Assembly: GCA_050331735.1 (NCBI GenBank)
Contig: JBHJGN010000007.1
Location: 1 to 64,000, forward strand
DNA from: Cyanophyceae cyanobacterium
Lineage (GTDB): Bacteria > Cyanobacteriota > Cyanobacteriia > Cyanobacteriales > JBHJGN01
Direction: 5' to 3'
DNA: 64,000 bases
Below the pieces are notes generated by a model. That model was not told the origin of the DNA. It made no database searches and saw only the letters and a program-made list of their open reading frames with translations. Positions 49,214 to 57,501 of this stretch are shown piece by piece (within the stretch, counting starts at the first letter, position 1; each line of letters begins with the position of its first letter). The translations under genes and the position numbers were made by a program.

Positions 49214-50767
49214 TCATTCTTGCTTGGGAAACTTCATATCTGCCCAAGTAAGCTGCTGTTGGACTCTATCGACATCACCTTCACTAACAGCATTTTTTAA
49301 ATCTCGTTTTCGATGAGCATTTTCTATGGCTTCTTCTTTAGATCGAGAACTGGATTCAAAGCATTTTTCAAGAGTATCATAAATACCGACTCGACGAGAT
49401 TTGGTATAGTATTGACGTTCAGTATCCAGCAGCTTTGCCATCAATTCCAGGTGCATCGCATCGTCATCGCAAACTTCTTCTAAAACATTCCACTCATCGC
49501 TACCTAGAAGACTATTGCCAGCACCAAGACGAGGATCGTAAAAAGGTTCTCCTGTTACCTCTTGATAGATGCGGGGTAAACTGTCATCAAATTCATGTTT
49601 TTCTTCTAGCCAAATGCGTCTAATTTCGCTCAGTTCCTCTGGACTGATTAAGGTAATATCTTGCATATCAGGCGGTGCAGTGTGACGCACTTGAACTTGT
49701 GCTTCTAATACTTGACGAAGCCAATGTTCTCTCCACTTTTTAGTATAAGGACCGGGAATTGGTTCAACCGAAGTTTTTCCATCTAAATTGCGTTCAAAAA
49801 GCTGAACTTTTCCATAAATGCGGCGAAAATCTCTTCTGGGGCGATCATTGTCAACATCTAATTCATCCCGAATATCTAATAGAGGCTGCAACCATTCCTT
49901 TTCCTCGTCGTTCTGGATCATTGCCTCCATAGACTTGTCTTTATTAACCATTGTGCAAACCCAGCAGCCGAAGCGAGAATCCCCACAGCTAGGAGTAGAG
50001 GTATCAACGACTAAAGGACATTCGTTATCTGCTGTTGCACCGCGATACATGGTAAATAAGTCTTTGTTGTTATTCCCCCAAGGATTTTCCCACTGCATCA
50101 GGTATAGCCATACTTCATCAGTACGCCAGTCTTCAATAGGTAAGTAGATTAGAGAATTAGGTCGATTAGGGTTAGTATTGAGGCGATCTCGTACTCTCCA
50201 TTCCCGATGTTTAGCCATATTCGTTGCCCGCTTGTGACTTTCAGTCTTGCGAGTTCCTAAGATTAGAATTACTTCTCCGCTAGTTCTAATGACTTCACGA
50301 ATAAAAGAGTCGGCAGGCTTAATTTTCATGCGTTCGGTACACCATCTAAAGCGATTTCTGGGGGCTGGATATCCTTTTCCTATCAAGCACGTCCAAAATG
50401 TGTCTTGAACGGCTGGATAAGTTAGATGGGTTACTACTGGCATTTTCTGGTCTTGGGCAGCAATCTTCATGCGTTCCAAAGACTTGCGCACCCAAGCAGA
50501 AACGATAGGATTTTCTACAAGAGTATCGTTGCTAATAACATGGATTGTTTTAGTTCTTTTTTTAAGTGGAAGCGCAGCGATCGCATTCCAAATCAATTGT
50601 AGTACGCATGAACTATCTTTGCCTCCACTCCAGCCAATGACAAATGGTATATCATCCTGATAATACAACTCCTGAATTTCTGCGGTCAGTTTCTGTATAT
50701 CTTCAATTAACTCTTCTACCGTCCGTTTGTCTGCAATATTAATCTCTAACGATTGTTGTTTAGTCAT
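49214..50767 (-). CDS. dndC: DNA phosphorothioation sulfurtransferase DndC (PAPS reductase-like)
   Basis: WSGGKDS, DTLVENP, RWCTERMKI, CPLVVD, CGDSRFGCWVC, PGPY. Confidence 0.95.
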   Translation of the reverse strand: MTKQQSLEINIADKRTVEELIEDIQKLTAEIQELYYQDDIPFVIGWSGGKDSSCVLQLIWNAIAALPLKKRTKTIHVISNDTLVENPIVSAWVRKSLERMKIAAQDQKMPVVTHLTYPAVQDTFWTCLIGKGYPAPRNRFRWCTERMKIKPADSFIREVIRTSGEVILILGTRKTESHKRATNMAKHREWRVRDRLNTNPNRPNSLIYLPIEDWRTDEVWLYLMQWENPWGNNNKDLFTMYRGATADNECPLVVDTSTPSCGDSRFGCWVCTMVNKDKSMEAMIQNDEEKEWLQPLLDIRDELDVDNDRPRRDFRRIYGKVQLFERNLDGKTSVEPIPGPYTKKWREHWLRQVLEAQVQVRHTAPPDMQDITLISPEELSEIRRIWLEEKHEFDDSLPRIYQEVTGEPFYDPRLGAGNSLLGSDEWNVLEEVCDDDAMHLELMAKLLDTERQYYTKSRRVGIYDTLEKCFESSSRSKEEAIENAHRKRDLKNAVSEGDVDRVQQQLTWADMKFPKQE

Positions 50768-50782
50768 CTTTAGAAAAGACAG

Positions 50783-51187
50783 TTAAGTACCAATAATCTT
50801 CTGAACATCGTTTTGTATTTGGGCACGGGTTTTCTCTTCCCATTTTTTCTGTAAAAGTATTAACCCTGCTTCTGCATATTTTGAGACTAAATCGAAGACT
50901 TCCGCACTACTGGTAGGTTCTGGCTGACCATTACGCTTGCAAACAGCATATACTCCTGCTTCTAATGCTAAACGTACATCGTTATCTAGACGAAAAACTT
51001 CTGCTAAGCTGTGAGACTTTACTGTTAAAACTTGAGGAATTTTTACGTTGTTCTTGAGTGCATAAGCGGCGGCAAAAGCGTAGGCATCAATAGCACGTTG
51101 AAAAATTTGGTTCCTGAGTAGGTAATCTAGATATCCTTTGGATGTAGCCGTAGCACTAAATTTAGCTGTAATCTCTAAACGCTTCAT
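50783..51187 (-). CDS. Hypothetical protein, possibly related to dnd-associated protein 4
   Basis: 134-aa ORF 15 bp upstream of dndC; IFQRAIDAYAFAAAYAL and KYAEAGLILL recall that family (from memory). Confidence 0.6.
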   Translation of the reverse strand: MKRLEITAKFSATATSKGYLDYLLRNQIFQRAIDAYAFAAAYALKNNVKIPQVLTVKSHSLAEVFRLDNDVRLALEAGVYAVCKRNGQPEPTSSAEVFDLVSKYAEAGLILLQKKWEEKTRAQIQNDVQKIIGT

Positions 51188-51502
51188 TCTTCAACCTCGA
51201 TTACCGATGCATCTTCTGTTGCCTCTAGTTGTCGAATACGATGGATTTGGGCAATGTAAGGTCTTAACTCTTGCAAAAGGTAAGTCTCTGTCTGTTGCTA
51301 AGATTATCACCTGAGAGGGAATAGTGGGCAGAGAATTAATGGTGTTTTGTTGATGAGTGGTGTCCAAGTGACCGAAGGGCGTGTCCATCATCAGTGGTGC
51401 TGCCGTCCCTGATGCTAAGTTTAAGCCAGCGATGAAGGCAAAAGCAAGGGCTTCCTTTTCCCCGGCACTAATGCTTTCTGGATTTAGAACGTCACCATTG
51501 AC
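51184..51502 (-). pseudogene. C-terminal remnant of an SMC/DndD-like ABC ATPase (5'-truncated, frameshifted)
   Basis: ISAGEKEALAFAF...PLMMDTPFGHLD...QVIILATDRD; frameshift near 51276, then LQELRPYI...IEVEE* whose TGA overlaps the next ATG (ATGA); no Walker A. Confidence 0.8.
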
Positions 51503-51535
51503 CTTCTGCCTCCTGCCCTCTGCCTTCTGACTGCC
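51503..51535. repeat. Heptamer tandem repeat (TTCTGCC-type STRR)
   Basis: TTCTGCC TCCTGCC CTCTGCC TTCTGAC; a related reverse array lies at about 62376-62407. Confidence 0.65.
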
Positions 51536-51677
51536 ATCTGTAGCAAACGATAGGCAATTTCATATCACTTGCTCAGCGAGCTGGGTCGAAGCTTAGCCTT
51601 GCAGTTATCTGCCAAAACTAGTTCGGATTGAAAATTGGAGTGAGCAAGGAAAGCGCCGTCTCAGCAAAAATACATGC

Positions 51678-54068
51678 CTACTTTCGCAATTTTTGAGGCT
51701 CCAGGGCCGCTTTCGGGTAGGAAATCCGTTTATGATGGTACTGTTGCCACACGCGAATGAACACATCGGCAATCTTGGGGAGTTCCTCGTACTTGAGCCC
51801 GCTGTCTACAAGCTGATGCTCCCGCCAGCGAGCTTTGAAGATTTTTGTAACCATTGCGAGCGCCTTTTGAGGATCGGCATCGTTGAGCGATCGCAGCGCG
51901 GCCTCTGTTCCATCAGCAAGCATCACAATGCCGGTTTCCCGCGACTGCGGAATCGGCCCATCGTAGCGAAAATGGTCTTCTGAGACCATTTTGCCCTCCT
52001 GCTCGGCTTGATGCTTGGCTTGGAAATAGAAATAGGAAATGAGCAGCGTCCCCTGATGTTCGGGAATAAAGCTTTGAATCGCTTTTGGCAGTCCGCAGCG
52101 GCGAGCCATGACTAGCCCTTCGGTGACGTGCTGTTTAATAATTTGAGCACTGATCCAGGGATCGTTAATGCTGTCGTGCTTGTTAGGTTCGCCCATCTGA
52201 TTCTCAATAAATCCCAGGGGATCGTGGAGCTTACCGATGTCGTGGTAAAGCGTTCCTGTTCTGACTAGCTCGACGTTACAGTGCAGCTCGCGGGCAGCCG
52301 CTTCAGCCAACGAAGCGACAAACATGGTGTGCTGAAATGTTCCCGGTGCCTGCAGTGCGAGTCGCTTGAGCAGCGGGCGATTGGGATTAGCTAGCTCCGC
52401 TAAGCGGATCGGCGTTACCAGATCGAATAAGCTTTCGAGGTACGGAGAAACACCAAGGGCCACAACACTCCAGGCTAATCCCGACAGTCCGTAGACGATA
52501 GCCCCTGGCAAAACTACATACCAAATGGTTCCGGCTGTGGCGCTGATAATCAGATTGATGACCAGATAAACGCCTCCCTGAACGACCCCAATCGCGCCCC
52601 CGAGTAACGCCAGTTCGTCGCGGGAGCGGAGTTTCCCTGCAATAACGGCGGCGAGCAGTCCGCTGGAAGCTCCGGCTAAGATATATTCCCAGCCGGCGGC
52701 TTCGGTACTAAAGAGGGTCAGCCCGGTCAACAGCAGCACGTGAGTCACGGCGAGGGCGGGAGAGTAAAAGCTGCTCACCAGCAAGCCGAGCGCTGGCAGA
52801 CTGGTATATTTGATGCCGAGAACGGCCAGGAGAGGCACTGTGGCACTGAGCAAGCCGAGCAGCAGGCGATCGCGGCAGCGCAGGCGCGGGTGAATGCGCT
52901 GCTCTACCAGCCGGAAAATGCCAATGGCTCCCATCACTAAAATACTGGTCAAGCCTAGGCCCATCCAGTTAATGCCACGACGACTGAGGCCAAAGCCATC
53001 GAGGAGCACAAAATCTTCTTGAGTGATCATTTCCCCTTCGTTGACGATGGTTTCTCCCTGCTTAATTGACGCAATCACGGGTTCAACGGTCAGGGCCACC
53101 TGTTCAGCACGACGTTTAGTTTCTGCGGTATCTTCGGTTAAGTTCGGTCTGATTTTACTCACCAGTAATTTGCTGGCCACGGAGCGAGCCGGATGGGGAA
53201 CGCCTGGGGCAAGCTGGAGCGTCACCGTCCTTTCGATGGTGCGAGTGGGTAAGCCAGGGGCAATTCCTTGGGCGAGAATTCTCTCCAGGGCTTGGAAAAT
53301 ACCGAACTTAGTGTTCTGCCAAGCTTCATCGCTAAGCTGAAGCAGCATGCGCTGCTCTTTGGGTTCTAACCCGTTTTTTTCGATGTTCTGAGTGGCTTGA
53401 GCGGACTGAGTTCTTGCTTCAGCGAGCTTAGCTTTCAGCTCGTTCCAGGCAGCAGGCGAGCTGCGGCGATAGGTCTGTAGCTCTTGGATAGCCTGTTGAG
53501 AGCCATCAAACCGCCGAGAGGCGTCGGTCACGGGCTGGTTGGATTCAACGGCGGCGAGGATGCTTTGCCATTGCCGTTCCCCCCTGAGGCGCAGATACTG
53601 CTGCGTTGGCAAAGAAAGCACGTCAGCATCAACAAGGGAAGAAGCCCCCGTTTTCCTAAGCTGGTCTATTTGCTTGACAACCTGCTGGACCTCTCGCTTG
53701 ATCTGAGCCGTTGTGTTGCGCTCTTGCTTCAGCACTGGCACCGTCCCCGTCCGCAGTTCTCGACGTTTTTCGGCGGTGGTTCTCGCATCTTCAAAACTGC
53801 CGTCACGAGGAGCTTCCACCCGAACGGGAGACAGCGTTCCGACAGAAAGCTGAGGTTGGTTATAGAAGCGATAGCCAATGATACTCGTGAAGGTCATTAA
53901 GGCTAAGAGCAGAATGACGAAAGGACCATGCCGAATAGCGTTGGCAGAACGAGCGCGGCCTGACTGCTCCGTGGATGTCGTTACGGCAGAGGTCGCCTGT
54001 CGCGGCTGGAAACGGACGCCTCGTCGCCATTTTCTCACTAGTTGGAGCAAAAAATTTAACGTTTTCAT
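51678..54068 (-). CDS. 7TM-HD phosphohydrolase (PgpH-like cyclic-di-AMP phosphodiesterase family)
   Basis: N-terminal TM, large soluble domain, multi-TM block, APGTFQH, YHDIGK, HVTEG, EHQGT, MLAD. Confidence 0.9.
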   Translation of the reverse strand: MKTLNFLLQLVRKWRRGVRFQPRQATSAVTTSTEQSGRARSANAIRHGPFVILLLALMTFTSIIGYRFYNQPQLSVGTLSPVRVEAPRDGSFEDARTTAEKRRELRTGTVPVLKQERNTTAQIKREVQQVVKQIDQLRKTGASSLVDADVLSLPTQQYLRLRGERQWQSILAAVESNQPVTDASRRFDGSQQAIQELQTYRRSSPAAWNELKAKLAEARTQSAQATQNIEKNGLEPKEQRMLLQLSDEAWQNTKFGIFQALERILAQGIAPGLPTRTIERTVTLQLAPGVPHPARSVASKLLVSKIRPNLTEDTAETKRRAEQVALTVEPVIASIKQGETIVNEGEMITQEDFVLLDGFGLSRRGINWMGLGLTSILVMGAIGIFRLVEQRIHPRLRCRDRLLLGLLSATVPLLAVLGIKYTSLPALGLLVSSFYSPALAVTHVLLLTGLTLFSTEAAGWEYILAGASSGLLAAVIAGKLRSRDELALLGGAIGVVQGGVYLVINLIISATAGTIWYVVLPGAIVYGLSGLAWSVVALGVSPYLESLFDLVTPIRLAELANPNRPLLKRLALQAPGTFQHTMFVASLAEAAARELHCNVELVRTGTLYHDIGKLHDPLGFIENQMGEPNKHDSINDPWISAQIIKQHVTEGLVMARRCGLPKAIQSFIPEHQGTLLISYFYFQAKHQAEQEGKMVSEDHFRYDGPIPQSRETGIVMLADGTEAALRSLNDADPQKALAMVTKIFKARWREHQLVDSGLKYEELPKIADVFIRVWQQYHHKRISYPKAALEPQKLRK

Positions 54069-54189
54069 CGCGGGTGAGGAAGCTTGAGGAGCGTGACTAG
54101 CGGTTATCAATGAATCAGCAAGACCGGCAGTTGAGAAACTAAACACTCTAGTTTACTCTTTTTTACTTTAAATCGCTAAATCTCTTGGG

Positions 54190-55041
54190 CTATTCTTCTT
54201 GAGACAGAATTTTGAGCGTTGCTCGTCTTTGAATAGTTTGGGCAGAGGCGATCGCCGCCGTCTCCGAAGCTTCATGAGCGGCATCAACTCCAGACCAAGC
54301 GGCAAACAGCCGTTTAGCAAGGGCTAAACTATTTTGGGTCGCTGGCCGCTGCGCCCCCAGGTATCGCCAGCGGCTCGGAATCCCCCCCAAGCTGTTATAA
54401 GTTCCAGCGAGAGACCCAGCTAAAGCCCTGGTCAGCATCAGGGAACTGCCCGACTTTGAGGCACTGCGCTGAACGCACAGACGAAAATCTTCTGGAGTCG
54501 TCAAAAAACAGTCAAGCGCTACCGTCAGCTCCGCTTCCCTGCTCCGACCAGAGGGACTTTTAACGGACTCACCACCATCGCTGGTGGCGAGCTGCTCTAA
54601 TAGAGTGTGAGCACCGACATAGCGCCCGAGCTGTAGCAGTACGCCCTTTCTCAGGACATCCGGCCCTAAACGAGGGTCCAGTTGTTCTCTCAAGATGAGG
54701 GCGAGCGTATATCCCCACGTCAGCAGATCTTCTAAGGAGGCGGATGGACGCAGCCAAACTGCTGCTGCTGCCTCCAGATTGTTTCTCAAGAGCGATAGAC
54801 TATCGTGAAAATAGAAACATACCGGGAAGGTGGCCAACGCTGCTTCACTACTGCTAGCAGTATGGGTAGCCTGCAGCAAGGGGGGCTCAGAATGTAGCCA
54901 ATCAAAGGTCAATCTTTGGGTCGCAATTAAGCTTTCTGCTGTAGCCATCCCCACCTGACTCCACAGGAACGGCTCGTTACTCAGTCCGATTTGGCTCCCC
55001 AAAAACCCTCCTTGAAAACGGCTCAAAAGAGAATAACGCAT
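54190..55041 (-). CDS. ADP-ribosylglycohydrolase-like protein (degenerate active site)
   Basis: SRFQGGFLG, CFLTTPEDF, LAGSLAGTYNS..GIP..W; lacks the GDA/TDD/DxDT acidic motifs. Confidence 0.7.
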   Translation of the reverse strand: MRYSLLSRFQGGFLGSQIGLSNEPFLWSQVGMATAESLIATQRLTFDWLHSEPPLLQATHTASSSEAALATFPVCFYFHDSLSLLRNNLEAAAAVWLRPSASLEDLLTWGYTLALILREQLDPRLGPDVLRKGVLLQLGRYVGAHTLLEQLATSDGGESVKSPSGRSREAELTVALDCFLTTPEDFRLCVQRSASKSGSSLMLTRALAGSLAGTYNSLGGIPSRWRYLGAQRPATQNSLALAKRLFAAWSGVDAAHEASETAAIASAQTIQRRATLKILSQEE

Positions 55042-55218
55042 GGTAATCGCCTCAATTTGGTCATCATCCTAGCTTGGCCAGAGTTAACAAATCGTGATGA
55101 CCACTACTTCTGTGAGTTGAGGATTGAGGATGCGGCCTGAGCCAATCGTTCAGGGAAGCAGGCCGCTCAACTCCGTAGGGAGGATAAACGGTGACGTTCA
55201 CAAGCAATGTCTTCCTGG

Positions 55219-55911
55219 TTAAGGTTCTTGGGACGCTAGCCACTTCTGCCACAAATCCGGGCGACGCTCGCGAGTTCTTTGCTGCTGCTGCTCCCAGCGC
55301 CAGCGCTCAATCTCCCGGTGATTGCCCGACCGCAAAACCGGGGGGACTTCCCATCCTCGAAATACGGCTGGTCTAGTATACTGAGGATAGTCTAGCAGTC
55401 CAGCTTCAAAACTTTCCTCTTTGAGCGATCGCTCCTTCCCCACGGTTCCTGGTAGCAGTCTGACGACTCCGTTAATCAGCGCCAGGGCCGGAATTTCGCC
55501 GCAGGTCAGCACAAAGTCTCCCAAAGAGACTTCGCGGGTAACGACTCTCCGCACTCGCTCATCTACCCCTTCGTAATGCCCGCAGATTAACACAAGCTGA
55601 CGGAGAGTGACCAACTGTTGGAGTAAGCCTTGATGAAGAGGTTGACCTTGAGGGGAGAGCAGGATGACCTCCTGTGGAGACAGCATTTCTAACGATTCCA
55701 CCGCAGCAAAAATTGGCTCCGGCTTCAGCAGCATCCCCACACCGCCACCGTAGGGTTCGTCATCCACTCGGTTGTGTTTATCCGGCGTAAAATCACGGGG
55801 ATTTACCAAGTTCACGGAGGCAATTCCTCTGGCTAACGCTTTACCAAGTAGACCCGAAGAAAGCGGTGAAGCAAAAAAATTGGGAAATAAGGTAATGACA
55901 TCTATATTCAC
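55219..55911 (-). CDS. trmD: tRNA (guanine37-N1)-methyltransferase
   Basis: ITLFP, VDDEPYGGGVGM, ICGHYEGVDER, SLGDFVLTCGE, YPQYTRP, SGNH. Confidence 0.98.
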   Translation of the reverse strand: MNIDVITLFPNFFASPLSSGLLGKALARGIASVNLVNPRDFTPDKHNRVDDEPYGGGVGMLLKPEPIFAAVESLEMLSPQEVILLSPQGQPLHQGLLQQLVTLRQLVLICGHYEGVDERVRRVVTREVSLGDFVLTCGEIPALALINGVVRLLPGTVGKERSLKEESFEAGLLDYPQYTRPAVFRGWEVPPVLRSGNHREIERWRWEQQQQRTRERRPDLWQKWLASQEP

Positions 55912-56402
55912 AAAGATTTCCGAGGAAAAGCTAAAAATGTGTTGTAGATTATGTTTTTAATTGTGCAATAATTATGAAAATTTTGAATGCTTGTTCTGTG
56001 AAAGTCAACGGTGTCAAGTCAACCGACGGCAACTCTTTGCAGTTGCTAATGAATCTCAAAGGATCGCAGTGCTACTAATAGTTACAGAGTCTGCTTTGAG
56101 CTTGAGTTGCTGGTAACTAATCCGAGAAGCCGCTTAACGAGTATTTCTGGGATGGGTGGCGACTGCAAAGAGCTGCTTAATCAACGTTCTGGAGACTCCC
56201 GTCCAAGCTCAATGTCAGCTTGTCTGGGTCGCGATGAAATTTATTCGATGCTCAGCCCCACAACAGGGAATACAGGCGATTCCTCCGGTAAAGAGTTAAG
56301 AATGCACCGCTCTCCATTAAAATCTTAGTCTAGGTGAGGTGGCTATCCGTCGTGAGCATTTCCCCGTCAGCAGTTTGTCTCTCCCTACTTTCAAGCGATA
56401 TT

Positions 56403-57335
56403 ATGCGGCAATTAGATCCCCAATTTCAGAAACCTCAAAGTTCCGCCGGAGCACCCTCCAGCGAGGGCGTCGCTGATGTGTCGAACGCCAAATCCCTAAC
56501 CAGCACGGACATAGAGCGGTTGGAGCAAGGACAATCCGCTACCGCCATTTTCGTCATTGGCGGAGCGGAAGATAAAGTACACGGACGGGAGATTCTGCAC
56601 GCCTTTTTTACTCGTTCTGGAGCTGCTGACGCGACGATTGCCATTATTCCCTCAGCCTCTAGAGAGCCAACAATTATTGGCGATCGCTATCGGCATATTT
56701 TTGAGGGCATGGGGGCTAAATACGCTAAGGTTCTAGATATCCGCGATCGCACTCAGGGGGAGGATCGTTTTTTTCTGGAATACATTGAAGAATGTACCGG
56801 AGTCTTCATGACGGGAGGCGACCAGCTTCGCCTCTGCGGACTGATCGCCGACACTCCCCTCCTGGAGCGAGTCCGTCAGCGGGTGCAGCTCGGCGAAATT
56901 ACCCTCGCTGGCACTAGTGCCGGAGCCGCCGTCATGGGGCATCACATGATCGCTGGCGGCAGCAGTGGCGAATCTCCCAATCGGTCTCTGGTGGATATGG
57001 CCATCGGTTTAGGCATTATTCCCAACGTGATTGTCGATCAGCATTTTCACAACCGTAATCGTCTAGCCCGCTTGCTCAGCGCGATCGCCATGTACCCTCA
57101 GTATCTTGGGGTTGGCATTGACGAAGACACCTGCGCCATCTTCGAGAGAAACGGCTTGATTCGGGTTATGGGACGAGGCAACGTCACCATTATTGACGCT
57201 AGAGCCGTTTCCTATACCAACCAGCCCCAAGTGGAGGCGAGAGAGCCGCTTGCCCTTCATAATTTGCGGATTCATCTGCTATGTCACGGCGATGGCTATC
57301 AGCATCAACAATATTTGCCCCTGGCGGCAGATTAG
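56403..57335 (+). CDS. cphB: Cyanophycinase
   Basis: IGGAEDK, TGGDQLRL, GTSAGA, DQHFHNRNR, GIDEDT; directly upstream of cphA. Confidence 0.96.
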   Translation: MRQLDPQFQKPQSSAGAPSSEGVADVSNAKSLTSTDIERLEQGQSATAIFVIGGAEDKVHGREILHAFFTRSGAADATIAIIPSASREPTIIGDRYRHIFEGMGAKYAKVLDIRDRTQGEDRFFLEYIEECTGVFMTGGDQLRLCGLIADTPLLERVRQRVQLGEITLAGTSAGAAVMGHHMIAGGSSGESPNRSLVDMAIGLGIIPNVIVDQHFHNRNRLARLLSAIAMYPQYLGVGIDEDTCAIFERNGLIRVMGRGNVTIIDARAVSYTNQPQVEAREPLALHNLRIHLLCHGDGYQHQQYLPLAAD

Positions 57336-57501
57336 CGAGAAACGCATTAAACTGACAGTGATGTGCTTATCTTTACGAAACAGCAGGGTGATCGCCAGTT
57401 TAGCCGCCGTCTCCAAAATCTGTTCGCCTTGAACAGTTTTGTTGCCGTTTGAAGCGAGACACTAGCAAAGACCTGCTGTCCGAACACCGAGTCCGTGCGC
57501 T

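Noticed and set aside
55064..55252. 62-aa ORF between trmD and the ARH-like gene
   Set aside because: Overlaps the trmD end, has no recognisable motif and no clear RBS.
56072..56085. NtcA box upstream of cphB (CTA-N8-TAC)
   Set aside because: One mismatch to GTA-N8-TAC and about 320 bp from the start; plausible biologically but not supportable from sequence alone.
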